This document shows, piece after piece, positions 37,089 through 45,385 of a stretch of 47,480 bases of DNA. The number at the start of each line of letters is the position of its first letter. The stretch's first letter is position 1. Under the pieces are notes generated by a model that was not told the origin of the DNA, did not search any database, and saw nothing but the letters and a program-made list of their open reading frames with translations. The stretch lies in IMG/VR virus record IMGVR_UViG_3300033562_000305, one strand, 5' to 3'. A program made the position numbers and the translations under genes. Origin of the DNA: a virus.

Positions 37089-39465
37089 GGCCTGATCCTC
37101 CAACACTGTATTCTTCACGGGGGACGATGCCCTCGTACCGTTTTCCTGACGAGCTTCTGACCGGGGCATGTCCGCGCTCCCTCAGGGCTCGCCCCATTGC
37201 GTTCGATGAAATCTTGGCGAGGTTCGACTCGCCCTCCTTATCGGCCCAGTACCGGAAGCTGTAGAGTATCTCGGTGGCCGAGGAACTTGAGCGAACGAGC
37301 CGCTTGTTCTTCATGCCGAGCCGTATCTCGTCGGGCTTCATGCACGCCTCTTGAAGGAAGCGCCCGATGATATCCTCGTCCTCGCGGTACTCCTGCGTGT
37401 TCTCGTAGACAGCAGAAGGTACCTGCAACCCGGCCCGCCCGCCGCCGTCTTGGTACCACATCTTCGCCCCGGCCACGGCCCACGCGAGTATTCCTTCCGC
37501 TTCTCTCGCCAGTTTCTCCATGAGGCGCGGGTCTTGGTTCTCCGGGGCCACCACGTTGTCGAACGGCACCAAGGCGATACGCCGCCAGATGCCGTAGTCA
37601 CCGCCTGAAATGCGCGGTTTGTGGTTGGTCGATATGATGATCTTCCATGTTGGCGTAAACTCGAAGAACTCGCCGCGCATGAAGCGCGCGGATATCTCCT
37701 CGCCGCCCGTCATATTCTTGACCTTCGACTCGGCGAGCCGGGCGTTGGCCTCGGTCTCTGTCGTCAGCACCATGCGTGACCCGCGGAGCGCGGCCACGTC
37801 ATTCGGGATGCCGCCATTCTGCTTCTGCACGAACGTGTCAGGTGGGGCGATCTTGACATAATCCCCGCCCACCCGGCGCATGGTCTCGACGAGCGTTGAC
37901 TTGCCGTTGGCTCCGACACCATAGAAGATTGCGAACGTCTGGGCCGAGGTGTCGGCGGTCAGGGAGTACCCGATCCAGCGTTGGATGAAGTTGAGGAGCC
38001 CCGGATCGTCCTGAAAAGTCTCCTCAAGGAACTTGCGCCAGAGCGGCGCGTCGGCCCCCGGCACATAGTTGCACCGCGTCACCTTGGTGCAGAGCTTCTC
38101 CTGCTCTGGCTCAAGGAGCATCCCTGTCCGCAGGTCCACCATGCCGTTCGGGCAATTCAGGATGAACGCATCACGGTCAAGGTCGTACTCGTGGACCGGG
38201 ATGCCCCTCTCTCGCTGGGCAAGACCCAGCATGGAACTGATGCCGCCGGAACTTTCACTCTTTCGCGCCCAAAATACCGACTCTTTACGGGTATCTTCCT
38301 CGGCTATGCTCCTGATCGTGCGCTTAACCATCGGTGTCACCATCGTCTGGTCGCCGTCTTTCCAGCGCCCGCCGATCCATACCAGCCACTTGTTCTTCTC
38401 AAGGTTGTACCGCAGGGAGTTGCCCCACATATCAATGAACCGCTCGGCGTTCCCGAGGTCGGTGTACGGCCTTGTCGCTGGTTTCCGGCACTCGACGCCG
38501 ATATCGTCCTCGCTGGCCGGTACGGCAACTGATGACTCGACAATGACCGAACTTTCGAGGAGGTCAAGCACGTCCTCGTCGTCGGCTATGGCGTCGGCCA
38601 CATCCCAGCCCTTGGGCTTGGTACATGGCAGGTCCACGCGCCGCAGGCTCCTGCACGAGTTCCCGAGCGAGGTGAGGATGAAGTCAGCCGCCGCCAGCCC
38701 CGGAGCGTCGTTGTCAGGCCAGATGATGACATCGCACCCGGCGAGGGACGAGAGGTCTATCTTCTTGACCGCACCAGCTCCGCCGTGCCATGTCGTCCAC
38801 GAGTATTCCTTGTACCGGCTCCGGGCTATGGTCATGCACTTCTCACCCTCGACGACGACGACGGTCTTGGCCGGGTCGAAGAGGGCCAAGGGGCGGGTCT
38901 TGATCTGCGACGGCAAACCCTTCTTGAATACGCTCCCGGTCCAGTGGATCGGATAGATCAGCTTCTTCCCGTCGTCGCCGACATTGTACCGGGCAACGTA
39001 GAAGGCAGGTTCGCCCTTGATATGGAACAGGGTCAGGAAGTCAGGAGCGCTACGGAACGACGGCTCCCTCAGAACCCCGTCTCGGTCTTTCGGTATCGGC
39101 ATCCACGAGAGCTGTATGTCAGAGGGCCCAAACACTCCCGGCTCGTCCATTGGCTCCTCTTTCTCTCTTGGTTCCTGCGCCCTTGGTTCAGCAGACACGC
39201 CGCCCGTGAGACCTATGGCAGTATCGTAAGCGGAAGCCCCGGTCATCCTCGACAGGAGGTCGATCATATCACCAGTATCGCCGGTCACATAATCAAAGAA
39301 CACGCCGTCTTCCCTGATGGAGAATGATCCGGGGGTGCGGTCGTCGCGCAACGGGGAGCAGGTCTTGAAGTTTTGACCCTCCCACCGTGCGCCCTCGACC
39401 CCGAACCGGGATTCGATGAACGAACGTGATATCATGCCCTTGGCTTTTACGAACACGTCCGACAT
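37078..39465 (-). CDS. Bifunctional DNA primase / SF3 helicase (P4-alpha / D5 type)
   Basis: TOPRIM motifs VVVEGEKC and WPDNDAPG. P4-family helicase block YGVGANGKST...MVLTTE...STNHKP. ATG at 39465; the ORF-track GTG is at 39474. Confidence 0.88.
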   Translation of the reverse strand: MSDVFVKAKGMISRSFIESRFGVEGARWEGQNFKTCSPLRDDRTPGSFSIREDGVFFDYVTGDTGDMIDLLSRMTGASAYDTAIGLTGGVSAEPRAQEPREKEEPMDEPGVFGPSDIQLSWMPIPKDRDGVLREPSFRSAPDFLTLFHIKGEPAFYVARYNVGDDGKKLIYPIHWTGSVFKKGLPSQIKTRPLALFDPAKTVVVVEGEKCMTIARSRYKEYSWTTWHGGAGAVKKIDLSSLAGCDVIIWPDNDAPGLAAADFILTSLGNSCRSLRRVDLPCTKPKGWDVADAIADDEDVLDLLESSVIVESSVAVPASEDDIGVECRKPATRPYTDLGNAERFIDMWGNSLRYNLEKNKWLVWIGGRWKDGDQTMVTPMVKRTIRSIAEEDTRKESVFWARKSESSGGISSMLGLAQRERGIPVHEYDLDRDAFILNCPNGMVDLRTGMLLEPEQEKLCTKVTRCNYVPGADAPLWRKFLEETFQDDPGLLNFIQRWIGYSLTADTSAQTFAIFYGVGANGKSTLVETMRRVGGDYVKIAPPDTFVQKQNGGIPNDVAALRGSRMVLTTETEANARLAESKVKNMTGGEEISARFMRGEFFEFTPTWKIIISTNHKPRISGGDYGIWRRIALVPFDNVVAPENQDPRLMEKLAREAEGILAWAVAGAKMWYQDGGGRAGLQVPSAVYENTQEYREDEDIIGRFLQEACMKPDEIRLGMKNKRLVRSSSSATEILYSFRYWADKEGESNLAKISSNAMGRALRERGHAPVRSSSGKRYEGIVPREEYSVGGSGHED

Positions 39466-39499
39466 GCTATGCACCCCCGTAATTTTGTAGTGAATTGGT

Positions 39500-39528
39500 A
39501 TTGTATGCTTTCCATGGATTCAGGTCAA
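39500..39528 (-). promoter_or_regulatory. Sigma70-type promoter upstream of the primase-helicase
   Basis: Minus strand: ACTTGACC, 17-nt spacer, TACAAT. Confidence 0.55.
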
Positions 39529-39534
39529 GTGGCC

Positions 39535-40197
39535 TCATGTCTTTGGGCCAAACCGCACGTCGCGGGCCTTCTGGAGCGACGCTCTGGCATTGAGCTTCTT
39601 CCGGTCGGCAGAATCAGCAACATAGGCTCGGGCCGACTCGGTGTTGACGTACCATTGGCGGGCGATCTTCACGGCATCCACCGCCCCTCGCTTGATCGCT
39701 ATAATCATGCCCGGCACCGACAGGAGACCCTCGGCGTCCTGTAACCGCTCGTACCCAGCAGGCACCTTTGGTTTCGTGTCCTCGCGGTCGAACATCGGGT
39801 TGATCTTATGTTCCACCTTCCTATTCCGCTTCCGCTTCGCAGGGCGCGTGTCGAGCCACACCTCGTCAGGCTTCGGCTCGGCGGAGGAGCGGTTCCTGCG
39901 GGCTATCTTCTGGTTCTCCTTCGACCGCTCGGCACGGAGAGCGCGGTCACGCTCGTCGTCGATCTTGCGCTTCGCTTCCCTGCTGGCGAGGAGTTCGAGG
40001 TATGCCACCCGCTTCGCCTCGCTGGCGAGGGCGTTGGCTTTTTCCCGTTGCTCTTTCCGCTGTTCATACTCGTCGTCCGATAACCCCCCATCGCCATGCC
40101 ACCCCACCTGCTTGGTTGCGTACAGGGTCGAGTCGATGATGACGTGTTCAGGAGCATTGTCGAAACGACCGCAGACCGGGACTATGGAAAGCGTCAT
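39535..40197 (-). CDS. Basic, charged DNA-binding protein (C-terminal HTH-like)
   Basis: 220 aa with a K/R/E-rich middle. The C-terminus AIKRGAVDAVKIARQWYV resembles excisionase/MerR-type HTH. Confidence 0.55.
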   Translation of the reverse strand: MTLSIVPVCGRFDNAPEHVIIDSTLYATKQVGWHGDGGLSDDEYEQRKEQREKANALASEAKRVAYLELLASREAKRKIDDERDRALRAERSKENQKIARRNRSSAEPKPDEVWLDTRPAKRKRNRKVEHKINPMFDREDTKPKVPAGYERLQDAEGLLSVPGMIIAIKRGAVDAVKIARQWYVNTESARAYVADSADRKKLNARASLQKARDVRFGPKT

Positions 40198-40364
40198 AGT
40201 GCAGGCCCCTCTGTGTCCTTTACGATGTCATGCAAGGCCCGTTCTATCCGCAGGGCATGGCCCCGATACTCGTCGAGCGCGGCGGCTATGATCATCTGCT
40301 CTGGCACGGTCAGGATTCCTAGCTTGCCACGGCGGGTGAGGGTGTCGAGTTCAGGGGCGGTCAT
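40194..40364 (-). CDS. Hypothetical small protein (56 aa; not in the ORF track)
   Basis: MTAPELDTLTRRGKLGILTVPEQMIIAAALDEYRGHALRIERALHDIVKDTEGPAL. It has ATGA overlaps at both ends. Confidence 0.5.
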   Translation of the reverse strand: MTAPELDTLTRRGKLGILTVPEQMIIAAALDEYRGHALRIERALHDIVKDTEGPAL

Positions 40365-40549
40365 GGGGTAACCTCGATTATTCTAGCGTCAAAAAACTTA
40401 TTGTATTTTCTGGCTCTAGCAAGCGCATGGGTTGCTAGTTCCAGCGATCTGAACCGTTTTGCGTTTGCAAGTTGGCACGTCCTACCGGGATCACCTCGCC
40501 ATTGTGCAAGCCATACTCCCGGCTCTATTTCAACTATCCATCTGCTCAT
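40361..40549 (-). CDS. Hypothetical small protein
   Basis: The start MSRWIVEIEPG at 40549 forms an ATGA overlap with the upstream stop. Confidence 0.5.
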   Translation of the reverse strand: MSRWIVEIEPGVWLAQWRGDPGRTCQLANAKRFRSLELATHALARARKYNKFFDARIIEVTP

Positions 40550-41193
40550 GATTCCTCCCGCGCTGGCTCGGTGTCTGTGTTCCAGACAGAATCCTTGGTG
40601 GGCTTCATAAAGCTCCCGCACCATCCCGTTTCTTTACCGCAATCGCATACCAACTTGTGTTGAAGTGATTTGGGATCATCTGAGTACCGGCCACAATACG
40701 AGCATCTTGCGTACGCTCCTTCATCATGATCGTAGGTTCTTTTTATATCTTCGCCACGCAAGTCCCGCGCTGGCTCGGCGCCGAGGATGGCGGCGCTTAT
40801 GGCCTTGCGGATACCGGCATTAAGATGCACTCCGCACTTGGTCAGCGTGCCCTGTACGCTGGTATCGCACTCCCGCCTGATCGCATCCGGGTCGCTTCGT
40901 TTCATAAGCCACTCGATCAGCTCGCCGAGGTCAGGGAGACAGTCTGTCCCGTGGGCCTTTTGCCATAGCTTGTCGGCTTCCATGGTGCGGGTATGCTGAA
41001 GATCGAACAGGTCACGCAACTCCTTTACGTCGCGTTGTGCATCCTGGTCGATGGTGGAGAGGACGGCGAGGGCTGGGCGCGATAGACTCCAGACATCGCT
41101 CTCTTCGAGACTATACCTTTCCCCATCCCATGATCCCTTGAGTGCTGATAATTTTTCCAGCGCCTCGCGGATCGTGTCGAGTTCAGTTTTCAT
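40546..41193 (-). CDS. Hypothetical protein with a C-terminal Cys cluster (zinc-ribbon-like)
   Basis: The start MKTELDT at 41193 has an ATGA overlap. The C-terminus reads CSYCGRYSDDPKSLQHKLVCDCGKETGWCG. Confidence 0.55.
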   Translation of the reverse strand: MKTELDTIREALEKLSALKGSWDGERYSLEESDVWSLSRPALAVLSTIDQDAQRDVKELRDLFDLQHTRTMEADKLWQKAHGTDCLPDLGELIEWLMKRSDPDAIRRECDTSVQGTLTKCGVHLNAGIRKAISAAILGAEPARDLRGEDIKRTYDHDEGAYARCSYCGRYSDDPKSLQHKLVCDCGKETGWCGSFMKPTKDSVWNTDTEPAREES

Positions 41194-41324
41194 GCTTCCC
41201 CGTCCTTCCATGCGTCCAGAGCATCCTCGGTTTTCTGCGCCCTTACCTCGTCCCAGTCCACGGAACCGTCGTCCTCGATATCAGGGGGATTCAAATGGTC
41301 CTCGTAGTCGTCGCGCTTCTTCAT
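41190..41324 (-). CDS. Acidic small protein (44 aa; not in the ORF track)
   Basis: MKKRDDYEDHLNPPDIEDDGSVDWDEVRAQKTEDALDAWKDGEA. It has ATGA overlaps at both ends. Confidence 0.45.
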   Translation of the reverse strand: MKKRDDYEDHLNPPDIEDDGSVDWDEVRAQKTEDALDAWKDGEA

Positions 41325-41461
41325 GCGTATATCCTCACTACCCTGACCAAGTTTACTATGGTGACAAGAATGACTGCCGCCATGATTACAGAGAATAGAA
41401 CGAGGGAAGCAAAATCAGCGGGACTGAATACTGTGCCCTGCTTCTGTCTTTTTTCTTTCAT
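41321..41461 (-). CDS. Small single-TM protein (46 aa)
   Basis: MKEKRQKQGTVFSPADFASLVLFSVIMAAVILVTIVNLVRVVRIYA with an AAGGTGGA RBS. Confidence 0.45.
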   Translation of the reverse strand: MKEKRQKQGTVFSPADFASLVLFSVIMAAVILVTIVNLVRVVRIYA

Positions 41462-41597
41462 GTTCTTCCACCTTTCCCTTGATCCACTGGCCCCAGAATG
41501 ACACCCGGCCCTTGTCGGGCGGGAGGTTGGGGCTGTCACTGATGCCGCCCAGTTCCCAACCCTGTTCCCTGTTCGATCCCGGTACGACGCGCGACAT
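41415..41597 (-). CDS. Hypothetical small protein
   Basis: 60 aa. Its start overlaps the upstream stop (TGATG). Confidence 0.4.
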   Translation of the reverse strand: MSRVVPGSNREQGWELGGISDSPNLPPDKGRVSFWGQWIKGKVEEHERKKTEAGHSIQSR

Positions 41598-41863
41598 CAG
41601 GCTTCCCTTCGCCTGTCGATCCTCCTCGCCTGCTCGTATTGCACGGCGACAACGGGGTCGTAGATAATGGCCTTGTCCAGTTCATCCCTCGCCTGCGTGA
41701 TCCGGTCGTACAGGTGGTCTATGACGCGCCGGGCGAGGGGAGAGATGGCTACCTCGTAATCCTCCGAAGGGAGCGACGGGAGCGACGGGTACGGGCTCCC
41801 GGCGAGGGCAAGGCGGGCGGCTATGGCCGAGCGCTGGTATCGCTCCAAGAGGGGCTCGCTCAT
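41597..41863 (-). CDS. Hypothetical protein
   Basis: 88 aa with an ATGA overlap with the upstream gene. Confidence 0.55.
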   Translation of the reverse strand: MSEPLLERYQRSAIAARLALAGSPYPSLPSLPSEDYEVAISPLARRVIDHLYDRITQARDELDKAIIYDPVVAVQYEQARRIDRRREA

Positions 41864-42108
41864 GTTCCGGCCTTCGCTTCAGCGTTGGCCATGTCGGCGA
41901 ACATGTATTCGACACCCTTGTCGTTGATCCACGGTTTGCAACGGTACATGGCGTACTGTTCGCCGTCCGCCCCGGTCTCGACCAGTTCTCCGTGGTCGAA
42001 GGTGAAGTCTTGAGCGACGAGCGGGCGGCGCACGATGACTTCAACCGCGGTGTTGGCCACGACAGCGTTCACCTTGCCGTCTTGCATCGATATGACAATC
42101 TTGACCAT
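41860..42108 (-). CDS. Hypothetical protein
   Basis: 82 aa. The RBS context is AAGGAGCAGACCATG, and the same 15-mer occurs at 43072. Confidence 0.55.
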   Translation of the reverse strand: MVKIVISMQDGKVNAVVANTAVEVIVRRPLVAQDFTFDHGELVETGADGEQYAMYRCKPWINDKGVEYMFADMANAEAKAGT

Positions 42109-42118
42109 GGTCTGCTCC

Positions 42119-42472
42119 TTATGCCGAGAAGTGGCCGCATCCGTAGACGCGCCCGTTCTGATCGCGCACGACTCCGGACGGTACTACGAGGTCGGGCCGC
42201 TCTCGTAGCGCGTTCTTCACCACCGACGACACGATATAGTACACCTGTTTGCCGTTCTCCGTGCGGCTTTCCGGAAGGCGCTTAGGGGCTCCCCACGTTG
42301 TGACCCTGATGCTCCTCGCCCCTTCGAGCGGCACCGAGTCCATGTCGATCCTCGCCGGGCCAGAGCTTTCCGGCTGGATGGTTATATTGACGCCCTCCAC
42401 CATGTCGATGTAGTTCACCGGATGCGTGGTCCAGTTCTCGACCAGTGTACCGTCTGACAGTTCTGTTGCCAT
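42119..42472 (-). CDS. Hypothetical protein
   Basis: The start MATELSDG follows an AGGTGG RBS. The ORF track extends to 42493. Confidence 0.55.
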   Translation of the reverse strand: MATELSDGTLVENWTTHPVNYIDMVEGVNITIQPESSGPARIDMDSVPLEGARSIRVTTWGAPKRLPESRTENGKQVYYIVSSVVKNALRERPDLVVPSGVVRDQNGRVYGCGHFSA

Positions 42473-42577
42473 TCTTTGCCACCTTTCAGCCAATTTTGAC
42501 GCCCCGTCTCGCCGGGGCCACGCGGCTAGTCTTATCCATGATCAACCACCAGCAGGCCATAGTGACGCATGGAAGAT

Positions 42578-42654
42578 TGGGGCGGCGTGGACTCGAACCA
42601 CGCTTTTTTCCGGCTCCGGCAGGGCTGTGCCAATCGCAAGAATCGACCAGCCCC
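42578..42654 (-). tRNA. tRNA-like element (77 nt) with a canonical T-arm and acceptor stem but no canonical anticodon arm
   Basis: Minus strand: GGGGCTG GT CGAT TCTTGCG ATTG ...CGTGG TTCGAGT CCACG CCGCCCC A. Acceptor pairing is 6 of 7. It lies in a 240-nt intergenic gap. Confidence 0.45.
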
Positions 42655-42733
42655 GCAGTACATCCACCTACCTCGGCGGAACCCACGTCCCGTGACCCCC
42701 GGACTACGCACCGGGCGAGTTGCGGCTTGTCAT

Positions 42734-43072
42734 CTATTCCTTCGGAAGCGGGCTGACCGGCTTCGTACCCGTGGCGATGCTCATGGCCCACGAGAAGAGG
42801 CGGACAGAGAGCGGGATCGTCTGGTATTCATTCTTGTCGCGGAAGCGCCTGACGCCCATGCCGTCAAGAACGTCGTGCAGACCGTCGGTGATTTCCTTCT
42901 CGGAGGCGAACGACTTGTACCAGTTATTGCTCGTCTGTTCGGTGGCGGCGAGCTTTTTCTGTACCTCTTCGAGCGTGGTGCGGAGGCTGGCGTTCTCGGT
43001 TTCGAGCTTCTTGTTGGTGCTTTCCAGCTCGTTGATGCGGTTGATGTAGCTGATGGTCTTTGATTCGCTCAT
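42734..43072 (-). CDS. Coiled-coil protein
   Basis: 112 aa with heptad-like N-terminal half (INRINELESTNKKLETENASLRTTLEEVQKKL). Confidence 0.55.
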   Translation of the reverse strand: MSESKTISYINRINELESTNKKLETENASLRTTLEEVQKKLAATEQTSNNWYKSFASEKEITDGLHDVLDGMGVRRFRDKNEYQTIPLSVRLFSWAMSIATGTKPVSPLPKE

Positions 43073-43089
43073 GGTCTGCTCCTTCTTTC

Positions 43090-43524
43090 TTAGGCGTACG
43101 ATTCTACTATCAAGTACCTAAAAGCCCCAAGATGCACGGCCAGAGCGCCGAGCGCTTCGCGGACGGCGGTCTCGCCTGAGCCTGCGATTGGCAGTTCCAG
43201 CTTGACCCCGGCGCTCCCGAGCGCTTCGCTTATGGCCGCAGATTCTTTGTGGTAGCCGTAGCCGCCTGCCTTGCCGGATCCGATTCCCCATGTTCCCTCA
43301 CCGTACCCAGAACCATGAATCCATGCGACAGCGTAGATGGTAGACGAGCCTGACGAGCGGCCAACGTAGGTGCGCACGTCAATGCAGACAGACGCGGTGT
43401 CAAGGTTGACAACGTGGTAGGCGTGCAAGAGTCCTTTCTTGCGGATGGTGGCGATGCCGTGCGAATTGTCGGTCGGCGTGTATTCGAGTACGGTCTGGTC
43501 TTTGCGCTCGCTCACTTGCTCCAC
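43090..43524 (-). CDS. Hypothetical protein with a G-rich motif (GSGKAGGYGYHKESAA)
   Basis: 144 aa. The start is GTG at 43524 or at 43515 (a GTGA overlap). Confidence 0.55.
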   Translation of the reverse strand: MEQVSERKDQTVLEYTPTDNSHGIATIRKKGLLHAYHVVNLDTASVCIDVRTYVGRSSGSSTIYAVAWIHGSGYGEGTWGIGSGKAGGYGYHKESAAISEALGSAGVKLELPIAGSGETAVREALGALAVHLGAFRYLIVESYA

Positions 43525-43979
43525 CTTTCTCCACGCATGTAGGCTACCCAGCGGGCGGCCTCTGCTTCGGTCTCAAAACTGGATACATGGTCCTTCCGGT
43601 TGGCTCCGTCGGTGCGCTCGACCATCCATGGTAATGGCGGGTTGACGTGGACTATCGTGTACTCAGGAGCATGGTACTTCGGATGGCGGTAGATCGTGCC
43701 ATTCTTCGTGTCAATACGGAGGATACAATGGGTCAGGATCGCCCCGCCCCCAGAACTCCGCTTGCTGGCGAGGAGGATCGGTACCTTCTGTGGTCCCATG
43801 CTCAGGCTTATGGTCCCGGTCACGTCGTACTCTTCGCACCAGTCGCGCCCGGTCTCCGTGTCGCCAAGAAAGAGGCGCACGCGGACGCCCTTCCCGATAA
43901 GGTTGTCAATTACGTATATGACGGCCTTGTCGGTGGCTTCGTCATAGCTTACCCCGTGGAACTCCCGATATGCTTTCAT
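43512..43979 (-). CDS. Hypothetical protein
   Basis: The start MKAYREF follows GAAGG. The ORF-track start at 44006 falls at the predicted transcription start. Confidence 0.55.
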   Translation of the reverse strand: MKAYREFHGVSYDEATDKAVIYVIDNLIGKGVRVRLFLGDTETGRDWCEEYDVTGTISLSMGPQKVPILLASKRSSGGGAILTHCILRIDTKNGTIYRHPKYHAPEYTIVHVNPPLPWMVERTDGANRKDHVSSFETEAEAARWVAYMRGERWSK

Positions 43980-44006
43980 TCTTTCGCCTTCCTTTCGTCG
44001 CGGCAT

Positions 44007-44036
44007 ATTGTATCATACCGCGACATGTCGTGTCTA
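44007..44036 (-). promoter_or_regulatory. Sigma70-type promoter (GGTACTAGACA variant)
   Basis: Minus strand: TAGACA, 18-nt spacer, TACAAT. Confidence 0.5.
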
Positions 44037-44106
44037 GTACCCTTTGCTAGCTTGTCGGTATCGTGCTGTTGTCCATCGTTTGTAATGAATACGGTTTTTG
44101 AAGTTA

Positions 44107-44364
44107 TCATGCTCGACTCCATACTAGCCCGCCTCGCGGTCCGCGGTGTACTTCATAATCAGGATACACGTCCGTTGTGTTCCCGATCCTCCCGATCCAT
44201 GCCAACAGGTATGCGTCTTTGCGGTCGGAGCCTACACGGTCGTGTTCGCGCTCCCAACTGTCAAGCAGGTTTTCCGCCGATGCTTTCCGGCCATCGCGCA
44301 CGTCGTCGCCCTCTGGTACTCCAAAACTGCCAGAATCGCTCATTAACTGGTATGTGTATTTCAT
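44107..44364 (-). CDS. Hypothetical protein
   Basis: The start MKYTYQL forms an ATGA overlap with the upstream stop. Confidence 0.55.
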   Translation of the reverse strand: MKYTYQLMSDSGSFGVPEGDDVRDGRKASAENLLDSWEREHDRVGSDRKDAYLLAWIGRIGNTTDVYPDYEVHRGPRGGLVWSRA

Positions 44365-44846
44365 ACCACGGCCCATACTTTCGTATATTTCTTGCCGCGC
44401 ACGTCGTACAACGTCACGTTGCCATGGTCGCTCGCCTCCACGGCGAGCCCTTGCCAGCCTTCCGGCGCGAAGCCATCTTCATCCATGCGCGCAATATCAC
44501 CGTCGCGCACGGCTTCCATTACACTATTAACGTCCGGCCAAACACCGATGCACGCGCCGTCGCCCTCGCTGGAGCCATAGTAACAATACGGCGGGCAATG
44601 GCTGTCGGCAATAATTGTAAGTTCTTCATAGGCATCATGGTACTCGTCCGCATAGGCTTCGTCACGGTACTCGTCGAACGCGCGTGCGAGCTTCAGGCAA
44701 GCGCGCACGGTCGCCCGTTCGGCCTTCGAGAGATGGAGTGCTTCAAGCTCGGTTCCGAGCGCGAGGCAGAGGTCGACGGTGCGGAGCGTGCCTTTCGAAT
44801 AAATATCAACCGGGAGCGTCGTTTTCTTGGCTTTCGTTGCTTTCAT
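44361..44846 (-). CDS. Hypothetical acidic protein
   Basis: 161 aa. It is the first gene downstream of the promoter at 44889-44918. Confidence 0.6.
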   Translation of the reverse strand: MKATKAKKTTLPVDIYSKGTLRTVDLCLALGTELEALHLSKAERATVRACLKLARAFDEYRDEAYADEYHDAYEELTIIADSHCPPYCYYGSSEGDGACIGVWPDVNSVMEAVRDGDIARMDEDGFAPEGWQGLAVEASDHGNVTLYDVRGKKYTKVWAVV

Positions 44847-44888
44847 GTTTCGTTCCTTTCAGTGTTTCAGTGTTTTAAGCCCGCCGGT

Positions 44889-44918
44889 ATAGTACCACGG
44901 CGGGCTTTGTTATGTCAA
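44889..44918 (-). promoter_or_regulatory. Sigma70-type promoter embedded in a hairpin
   Basis: Minus strand: ACTTGACA, 18-nt spacer, TACTAT. The spacer and -10 lie inside the stem-loop AGCCCGCCG...CGGCGGGCT. Confidence 0.55.
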
Positions 44919-44922
44919 GTCG

Positions 44923-45324
44923 TCAGTATATCATCTCCAGCACAACCGGCATGTCCATATACATCTGGCCGCCGTTGTACGGGTAGTATATTTCGTCAAT
45001 TTCATCTTGCGTATAGCTCTCCAGCAGGTCCGCCGGTTCGTGTATCAAGCCCATGTAGTGCATCTCCAGAAAGTAGTCGCCAAACGCTTCTATGGCGTCG
45101 CCTTCGTTGCGCTCGTCGGTGCATAGAATGAATCCGCCGTATTCGTTGGCGAAATACCATGCGTGCGAACACTCCCGCGCTTCGGTCGTCAAGGGTTCCA
45201 GAGCATCCATGCGGCATACTTCCGCGCCGGTCTTTTCAATGGCGGAGGCGAGGCGGGCGAGGCGGGCGGCGGCGGCTCTCAGGTCGCGGGCGGCGTATTC
45301 TTTGTTGTCTTTATCGGCTTTCAT
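44923..45324 (-). CDS. Hypothetical protein
   Basis: The start MKADKDNKEY at 45324 follows GGGA. The longer ORF-track start at 45420 would overlap the Cys-rich ORF. Confidence 0.55.
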   Translation of the reverse strand: MKADKDNKEYAARDLRAAAARLARLASAIEKTGAEVCRMDALEPLTTEARECSHAWYFANEYGGFILCTDERNEGDAIEAFGDYFLEMHYMGLIHEPADLLESYTQDEIDEIYYPYNGGQMYMDMPVVLEMIY

Positions 45325-45385
45325 TCTGTCCCTTTCATTGTGTAGTGTACCGTACCGGGAGCGTATGCTCCCGGCTGGTATGGTT

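Noticed and set aside
42620-42640. Frameshift-suppressor-type tRNA with an 8-nt anticodon loop.
   Set aside because: The candidate loop ACAGCCCT lacks the conserved U33 and purine 37 context, and the stem would be only 4 bp. This is too speculative to call.
42578-42654. attP core of an integrating phage (3' tRNA fragment).
   Set aside because: No integrase or recombinase gene is recognisable anywhere. The element also keeps a complementary 5' acceptor strand, which a simple 3'-fragment att site would not need. I kept it only as a minor alternative in the finding.
43087-43118. A sixth GGTACTTGATA promoter.
   Set aside because: The -35-like element is present, but no acceptable -10 exists at 16-18 nt. 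TAAGAA sits at only 15 nt. The element also lies inside the 3' end of a coding region.
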